A stretch of DNA of 64,000 nucleotides, taken from positions 99,512-163,511 of the forward strand of contig CAZDDU010000001.1 in the NCBI GenBank assembly GCA_964504255.1, read 5' to 3'. Source of the stretch: an uncultured Candidatus Saccharibacteria bacterium. Lineage in GTDB: Bacteria > Patescibacteriota > Minisyncoccia > Phycocordibacterales > Zambryskibacteraceae. The notes beneath the pieces were generated by a model. That model had not been told where the DNA came from, did not search any database, and saw nothing but the letters and a program-made list of their open reading frames with translations. The position numbers were made by a program, and so were the translations under genes. Below, one piece after another: positions 58,796 to 64,000 of the stretch (its first letter is position 1; every line of letters begins with the position of its first letter).

Positions 58796-59674
58796 ATGGC
58801 AAGTAAGGACGAAATACAGAAGAAAATTGAAGCGATTGAGGAGCGGATGCAAGCTCCGGACTTTTGGTCTGACAAGGACTCGGCTCAAGGCGCTATCAAA
58901 GAACTGGAGAATTTGAGGAACGAGCTCGAAGGAGTTGGTAAGTACGATAAGGGAGATGCTGTGATGACAATATTTAGTGGCGCTGGGGGAGATGATGCAG
59001 AGGACTTCACCAACATCTTACTCCAAATGTATTTAAAGTATTTTGATAATAAGGGATGGAGTTACTCTGTGATGCACAAGAATGATAATGACCATGGGGG
59101 ATATAGAAACATCACTCTTGAGATAAACGGTAAGGGAGTGTATGGCACTCTGAAGAACGAATCAGGGGTTCACCGACTGGTACGCATCTCTCCCTTCAAT
59201 GCGAAGAAGTTACGACACACATCCTTCTCTATGGTTGAGGTGATACCTAAGTTTGAGAAAGTGGGTGAGGTTAGCATACCGCCTGAAGATATTCGGCTTG
59301 AGTATTCGAAGTCGTCTGGTCCAGGAGGACAGAATGTGAACAAGCGTGAGACTGCGGTGCGTGTAGTGCATATACCAACAAATCTTGCAGTGCATGTAGA
59401 AAGTGAGAGAAGTCAGGCACAGAACAAGGAGAGAGCTCTCGCTATGCTCGAAGCTAAGCTCTATAAACTACAAGACGAAGAGAGGAAGGCGAAAGAGAAA
59501 GGAATGTATGTCTCTAAAACAACAAGTATCGAGTGGGGGAGCCAAATACGATCTTATGTCCTGCATCCATACAAGATGGTTAAGGATCATAGAACAGATG
59601 TAGAAGTACGAGATGTAGATAAGGTGTTGAATGGAGATCTCGACGAATTTATCGAAGCTGAAAGAGGTTTGTAG
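58796..59674 (+). CDS. prfB: peptide chain release factor 2 (short, 292 aa, no programmed frameshift)
   Basis: SPF tripeptide (RF2-specific) and GGQ motif SGPGGQNVNK. Confidence 0.8.
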   Translation: MASKDEIQKKIEAIEERMQAPDFWSDKDSAQGAIKELENLRNELEGVGKYDKGDAVMTIFSGAGGDDAEDFTNILLQMYLKYFDNKGWSYSVMHKNDNDHGGYRNITLEINGKGVYGTLKNESGVHRLVRISPFNAKKLRHTSFSMVEVIPKFEKVGEVSIPPEDIRLEYSKSSGPGGQNVNKRETAVRVVHIPTNLAVHVESERSQAQNKERALAMLEAKLYKLQDEERKAKEKGMYVSKTTSIEWGSQIRSYVLHPYKMVKDHRTDVEVRDVDKVLNGDLDEFIEAERGL

Positions 59675-59686
59675 TTGTGTTAAAAT

Positions 59687-60373
59687 GTGAGGATGATTTT
59701 CTTTGACCGAGTGACGAAAGTTTACCCGGATACTTCGGTAGCCCTTCAAAATATAACGCTCACGATAGAACCAAGTGAGTTTGTGTCTATTGTGGGTCAG
59801 TCCGGTGCGGGTAAGACCACGCTATTGAAGATGCTTTTGGCCGAGGAGAAGCCGAGTGAGGGCAAGGTCTTCTATGAGTCCTCCGATGTACACCGCTTGA
59901 GTAAGAGTGGAATGAACGATCTTAGGAGGAAGATCGGTATGATCTTCCAAGACTTCCGTCTCATATCAGGTAAGACTGTGTATGAGAACATTGCTTTCAC
60001 CATGGAGGCATCTGGGAAGACCGATGAGGAGATAGAGCAAGATGTGCCTCATGTGCTCGAGCTTGTGGATCTGAAGAACAAGATTTGGAATTTTCCTCAC
60101 GAGCTCTCTGGAGGAGAGAAGCAGAGAGTGGCCATAGCTCGTGCCTTGGTGAATCAGCCTGACGTCCTTATAGCTGATGAACCTACGGGTAACCTAGATC
60201 CTGTAAACACCTATGACATTGTGCAGATACTAAAGAAGATCAACGACTACGGTACTACCGTCATCCTCACCACACACAACAAAGGTATTATCGACATGCT
60301 AGGCAAGCGTGTAGTAGCTATGGAGAAGGGGAGAATTGTACGAGACGATAAGGAGGGCAAGTACTTTATATAG
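59687..60373 (+). CDS. ftsE: cell-division ABC ATPase FtsE
   Basis: Walker A GQSGAGKTTLLKML, signature LSGGEKQRVAIARAL, Walker B LIADEPTG. Confidence 0.85.
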   Translation: MRMIFFDRVTKVYPDTSVALQNITLTIEPSEFVSIVGQSGAGKTTLLKMLLAEEKPSEGKVFYESSDVHRLSKSGMNDLRRKIGMIFQDFRLISGKTVYENIAFTMEASGKTDEEIEQDVPHVLELVDLKNKIWNFPHELSGGEKQRVAIARALVNQPDVLIADEPTGNLDPVNTYDIVQILKKINDYGTTVILTTHNKGIIDMLGKRVVAMEKGRIVRDDKEGKYFI

Positions 60374-60387
60374 TAGAATAAAAAACA

Positions 60388-61314
60388 ATGCTCTGGACTA
60401 ATTTTAAAAGAATATCGAAGACCGGCTTCATGAACTTCTGGAGGAACGGCACTGTCTCTCTAGCCTCTGTCTTCATGATGACTGCCACCCTCTCTGTCAT
60501 TGGCTTCACTATGCTTGGAGGTGCAGTGCTTACCACCGCACTTGAGACTCTTAAGGATAAGGTGGATATATCTGTAACCTACATCCCTACTGCTCCAGAG
60601 GAGGACATCTTGAAGATCAAGAGCTCACTCGAGACACTATCTGAAGTCTCGCTTGTTACTTACACCTCAAGAGAGGAGGCACTCGAAGCCTTCAAGCTTC
60701 GTCATGAGAATGATCAATCTATTCTTACAGCATTAAACGAGCTTGATGAGAATCCTCTTGGAGCCTCGCTTGATATCAAGGCCAAGGATCCATCTCAGTA
60801 CAAGAGCATTGCCGAGTTTCTCGAGGGCAACAGTGCCCTCTCGAGTGGTGGGCTCACCATTGTTGACCATGTGAATTATTATCAAAACAAAGTAGCCATA
60901 GACAAGCTTACCGGGATAGTAAAGAGTGCTGACAAACTCGGATTTGCTATTGCTCTCTCGTTCATCCTCCTCTCAGTGCTTATTGCTTTCAATACTATTC
61001 GCCTCACTATCTACATCTCGAGAGAAGAGATCAATGTCATGCGACTTGTTGGAGCGTCGACAAATTATATTGAGGGTCCTTTCGTTACCCTGGGTGTCAT
61101 CTACGCTGTCGTAGCAACTGTGCTCACAGCTCTAGTATTTCTGCCTATGACTTATTGGATAGGTGGAGCGACACAAGATTTCTTCATTGGACTCAACCTC
61201 TTTAGTTATTATATAGGACACTTCGTCTCGATCTTCTTTACTTTACTTGGCGCTGGAGTGGTAGTTGGGGTTGTATCCTCACTTCTTGCCATCAGGAAGT
61301 ATTTGAGAGTTTAA
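60388..61314 (+). CDS. ftsX: cell-division permease-like protein FtsX
   Basis: N-terminal TM, periplasmic domain, 3 C-terminal TMs; follows ftsE. Confidence 0.8.
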   Translation: MLWTNFKRISKTGFMNFWRNGTVSLASVFMMTATLSVIGFTMLGGAVLTTALETLKDKVDISVTYIPTAPEEDILKIKSSLETLSEVSLVTYTSREEALEAFKLRHENDQSILTALNELDENPLGASLDIKAKDPSQYKSIAEFLEGNSALSSGGLTIVDHVNYYQNKVAIDKLTGIVKSADKLGFAIALSFILLSVLIAFNTIRLTIYISREEINVMRLVGASTNYIEGPFVTLGVIYAVVATVLTALVFLPMTYWIGGATQDFFIGLNLFSYYIGHFVSIFFTLLGAGVVVGVVSSLLAIRKYLRV

Positions 61315-61316
61315 AA

Positions 61317-61340
61317 AACTGCCCCTCTGGGGCAGTTGTG
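61317..61340 (+). terminator. intrinsic terminator (weak T-run)
   Basis: aactgcccc-tctg-gggcagtt. Confidence 0.4.
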
Positions 61341-61345
61341 TTGTT

Positions 61346-61717
61346 CTAGGCCATGATGGCAAGTATGGGCTGACCACAGTGCCTGCACTTGCCGTTCCTT
61401 TCCGGCTCATGATCGCAGATCGAGGAAAGGTCAAGCTGTTGCTGCTTCAAGCCTCTGACCTCCATCTCGAGCCTCGCGAGTTCTTCCTTGAGATCTCCTC
61501 CATATCTCCTTGCATCATTCGTCTGAACTGGTGTCATCTTGGGCGTTTTGCCAGGACGAGCTGGGCCATTGCCTCGATTTTCTTCGATGAGGCTTCTGAT
61601 TGGAAGTGGTACCACGAGCATTAATACTCTCCGGAATGGGTAAAAAGGTACTGCTCCAGGAGAGACTTTACAGTAACCAGCCGAAAAATCAAATCTTGAA
61701 ATAAGGCCAAAATTCAA
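61346..61717 (-). CDS. hypothetical protein (start uncertain)
   Basis: C-terminal coiled coil and CxxC; GC-rich. Confidence 0.3.
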   Translation of the reverse strand: MNFGLISRFDFSAGYCKVSPGAVPFYPFRRVLMLVVPLPIRSLIEENRGNGPARPGKTPKMTPVQTNDARRYGGDLKEELARLEMEVRGLKQQQLDLSSICDHEPERNGKCRHCGQPILAIMA

Positions 61718-61732
61718 GTATTCTAGGCTTAT

Positions 61733-61804
61733 TGGGATATCGTCTAATGGTAGGACAACCGCCTCTGGAGCGGTTAATTGGGGTTCGAATCCCTGTATCC
61801 CAGC
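61733..61804 (+). tRNA. tRNA-Gln (CUG), U1-A72
   Basis: TGGGATA/TATCCCA acceptor, ACCGC-CTCTGGA-GCGGT anticodon arm. Confidence 0.75.
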
Positions 61805-61866
61805 ACTTCGACTCGCTTTGCTCGCTCAGTGCGAGCTAGGCGAAGTAATAATGAAATTATTTAGAT

Positions 61867-62268
61867 ATGAGAGATAAACTTGAAACACCAGTCACAAAAT
61901 TTAAATTGCGCACGGGGTTAGGTCTTTCCGGTAAGGGTGTATTTGCTCTGGAAGCAATTCCTAAAGGGAAAAGAATTATTGAGTACATCGGCAGAAATAT
62001 CCCACTCGAAGAGCAAGATTATGCGACTGGAAGGTATTTGTTTTTGACTGGGAGGAATAAAATGATCAACGGAAATATAAAGGAGAATATAGCAAGATTT
62101 ATCAATCATTCGTGTAAGCCTAATTGTGAAGCTAGGGGTCCAAGTGGAAGAGTCTTTGTATATTCGTTGAGAAGAATAAAGGCAGGGGAAGAGCTTACAT
62201 ATGATTATGGGGACGAATACTTTAATGATTTTATTAAACCAATTGGTTGCAAGTGTAATAAGTGTTAA
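61867..62268 (+). CDS. SET-domain protein (putative protein-lysine methyltransferase)
   Basis: ARFINHSCKPNC (NHSCxPN) and GEELTYDYG (ELxxDY) SET hallmarks; C-terminal Cys cluster CKCNKC (post-SET-like). Confidence 0.7.
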   Translation: MRDKLETPVTKFKLRTGLGLSGKGVFALEAIPKGKRIIEYIGRNIPLEEQDYATGRYLFLTGRNKMINGNIKENIARFINHSCKPNCEARGPSGRVFVYSLRRIKAGEELTYDYGDEYFNDFIKPIGCKCNKC

Positions 62269-62329
62269 GCAATACAAGGAGGTAGGGGTGTCATGTGTTA
62301 CCCAGATCTAGGCGGGTTATAATTGGGTT

Positions 62330-62626
62330 ATGCGAATAATTAAGGAACATTTAGGCTGTTTGAATGATAATCCAGAGAAACTATGGTTCAAGCGGAAGCT
62401 CTATGGTTGGGGATGGACACCCGCACGTCCACAAGGGTGGTTGGTAATACTCGTTTACATTCTCTTGATCATACCCTTCTCACTAAACATAAGTGAGAGC
62501 TCTACTCGAAGTGAAGTAATCCTTAACTTCTTCTTACCCATCTTGATACTGACATCAGTCTTGATACTTATTTGTTATAAAAAAGGGGAGGCTCCTCGTT
62601 GGCAGTGGGGAGATCCTAATAAATAG
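62330..62626 (+). CDS. hypothetical membrane protein
   Basis: 2 TM helices. Confidence 0.4.
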   Translation: MRIIKEHLGCLNDNPEKLWFKRKLYGWGWTPARPQGWLVILVYILLIIPFSLNISESSTRSEVILNFFLPILILTSVLILICYKKGEAPRWQWGDPNK

Positions 62627-62785
62627 GATTGTATTTACCCAAACAAGGGGAGGGCTTGTCAGGCTGGGGTATAATTAAATTATGCTACTTAAACTTTATG
62701 CCATAACTTTGCCAGTGCTTTTGGTTATGGACTTTGTATGGCCAAGATTCATTGATAGAGGATTTTATCAGGAGAATATCTGATT

Positions 62786-63151
62786 ATGAAGAAGGTCTTT
62801 TTAGAAATATTTTTCAGTCTCACATTCGTCGCTGTCGCAACTTTTCTTATGTATGGTCAGCTGGTTGGAGTGAGTGATTTTTGGAACGCTCAGAATGTCT
62901 GGAGCATTATCCTTGCATGTGGTTGGGTAGTCGTCTCACTGGGCTATTACCACCAAGGGTATGTGGTCCATAAGAGTAAGAGCGCTGAGCATGTGTCCAT
63001 CGTCCTGCCTGGAGCAGTTTTTATCGTTCAGTGTATTCTGTTCGTGAAAGGGATTTATTATGATGATTGGGCGCTCATATTCGGCGCCTTGGTAGTTAAC
63101 TCGGGCGTGATCTTCAGCCTCTATCAGATTACTCACGTTAAGTTCAGATGA
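62786..63151 (+). CDS. hypothetical integral membrane protein
   Basis: 4 TM helices. Confidence 0.45.
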   Translation: MKKVFLEIFFSLTFVAVATFLMYGQLVGVSDFWNAQNVWSIILACGWVVVSLGYYHQGYVVHKSKSAEHVSIVLPGAVFIVQCILFVKGIYYDDWALIFGALVVNSGVIFSLYQITHVKFR

Positions 63152-63169
63152 TTTTGCTATAATCAGGCT

Positions 63170-63568
63170 ATGAAAGGATACATCACAAACATTGAGAAAG
63201 AGACAATGGAGAATGATTACTTTAGGAAGGTGCTTTATACCGCCAAGAGTTCTCAACTCGTGCTTATGAGTCTTGAGCCACTTCAGGATATTGGTGAGGA
63301 GGTGCATCATTTGGATCAGTTTCTAAGGGTTGAGGCTGGGATAGGTCGAGTGGTACTAGACGGCGTCGGACATGAGGTTAGAGACGGCTCAGCTATAGTT
63401 GTTCCCGCAGGTACAAAGCATAATCTAATAAACACCTCTGTTGATAAGCCGCTCAAGCTATATAGTGTTTACTCTCCACCTAACCACAAGGATGGGACAA
63501 TACATGAGACTAAGGCAGATGCTGAAGCCAACGAGGAGCACTTTGATGGCATTGTGACAGAAGCCTAG
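63170..63568 (+). CDS. cupin-domain protein
   Basis: HHLDQF...E...GHEVRDGSAIVVPAGTKH cupin motifs 1 and 2. Confidence 0.6.
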   Translation: MKGYITNIEKETMENDYFRKVLYTAKSSQLVLMSLEPLQDIGEEVHHLDQFLRVEAGIGRVVLDGVGHEVRDGSAIVVPAGTKHNLINTSVDKPLKLYSVYSPPNHKDGTIHETKADAEANEEHFDGIVTEA

Positions 63569-63622
63569 TATTGATACTTGCTCGAAGGTAGGTCAGGGAG
63601 TATATTTGGCATACTAATCAAC

Positions 63623-64000
63623 ATGCTCTGGAGCAAGCTCAACTCGATCTATAAGAATTACGAGTACCACATTTCTTCTATTGCCCTTGTCTTGGGGTTC
63701 ATATTTGATGTCTTGACTCTGAGGCGGGCTGATGCATTTTGGGAGAACTTCTGGGTTGTCTTCCATCTCATTGTTGTTGCTACAGCTATACTACTTATCA
63801 ACAGGAAGAGTAAGTCCGAAGACAGGGACTCTGACATGGATTTCTGGTTACTTAGCTTGATGCAATTTAGCTTCGGAGGTTTGCTCTCTGCCTTCCTGAT
63901 ACTCTACTTTAGAAGTGCCTCACTAGCAGTGAGTTGGCCCTTCCTCCTTATGCTCGCACTCGCCTTCATTGCGAATGAGAGGTTGAAGCGACATTATCAA
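63623..64000 (+). CDS. hypothetical membrane protein (partial, runs off window)
   Basis: Open frame from ATG 63623 to window end, 3-4 TM helices. Confidence 0.35.
   Translation, partial: MLWSKLNSIYKNYEYHISSIALVLGFIFDVLTLRRADAFWENFWVVFHLIVVATAILLINRKSKSEDRDSDMDFWLLSLMQFSFGGLLSAFLILYFRSASLAVSWPFLLMLALAFIANERLKRHYQ

Overview
This 64-kb window looks like a small, AT-leaning (roughly 45% GC) bacterial genome fragment with a Candidate Phyla Radiation / Patescibacteria flavour. That assignment is inference, resting on the S5 gene running straight into L15 with no L30 gene, the many small membrane proteins, and the large type IV pilus/competence locus.

Housekeeping content, by strand and coordinate:
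- The tail of the S10-spc ribosomal operon: partial rplR, then rpsE, rplO, secY, adk, map.
- ndk and a beta-CASP family MBL hydrolase.
- infC-rpmI-rplT on the minus strand.
- ftsH, recG, an ECF sigma factor.
- A complete type IV pilus/competence locus: comF, pilM, pilN, pilO, pilB, a CheY-like receiver, pilT, pilC, four tandem major pilins, pilD, four minor pilins.
- ligA, gatCA, prfB (RF2, so UGA is a stop codon), ftsEX, and about ten tRNAs.

Hunt results, most interesting first:
1. smpB and ssrA (tmRNA, minus strand, 14317..14711) border a roughly 3-kb accessory segment with no integrase. The segment carries a 17-nt duplicate of the ssrA 3' end, a second copy of the 56-bp ssrA downstream flank and terminator, and four copies of a 63-80 bp direct repeat. 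Each repeat copy sits next to small cargo ORFs, one of them a diverged PRTase-like protein. This looks like a decayed or tandem integration hotspot or cassette array.
2. A GC-rich single gene has been inserted exactly at the recG 3' end and is flanked by perfect 19-bp direct repeats. The wider GC-rich block also holds three lipoprotein genes.
3. A roughly 490-bp region between tRNA-Thr and prfB has no convincing ORF and folds into conserved-looking hairpins. It is probably a structured ncRNA, with SRP RNA or RNase P RNA as candidates.
4. Two unusual tRNAs: one with anticodon UAU and a C1-G72 pair, and a type-II Ser-like tRNA whose anticodon reads ACU by my fold. A 15-nt duplicate of the tRNA-Ser 5' end lies nearby.
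5. The four tandem major pilin genes share identical 75-100 bp 5' segments, which would support gene conversion.
6. A 133-aa SET-domain protein.
7. Repeated terminator-plus-promoter modules upstream of paralogous small genes.

I recognised no transposase, integrase or CRISPR array.
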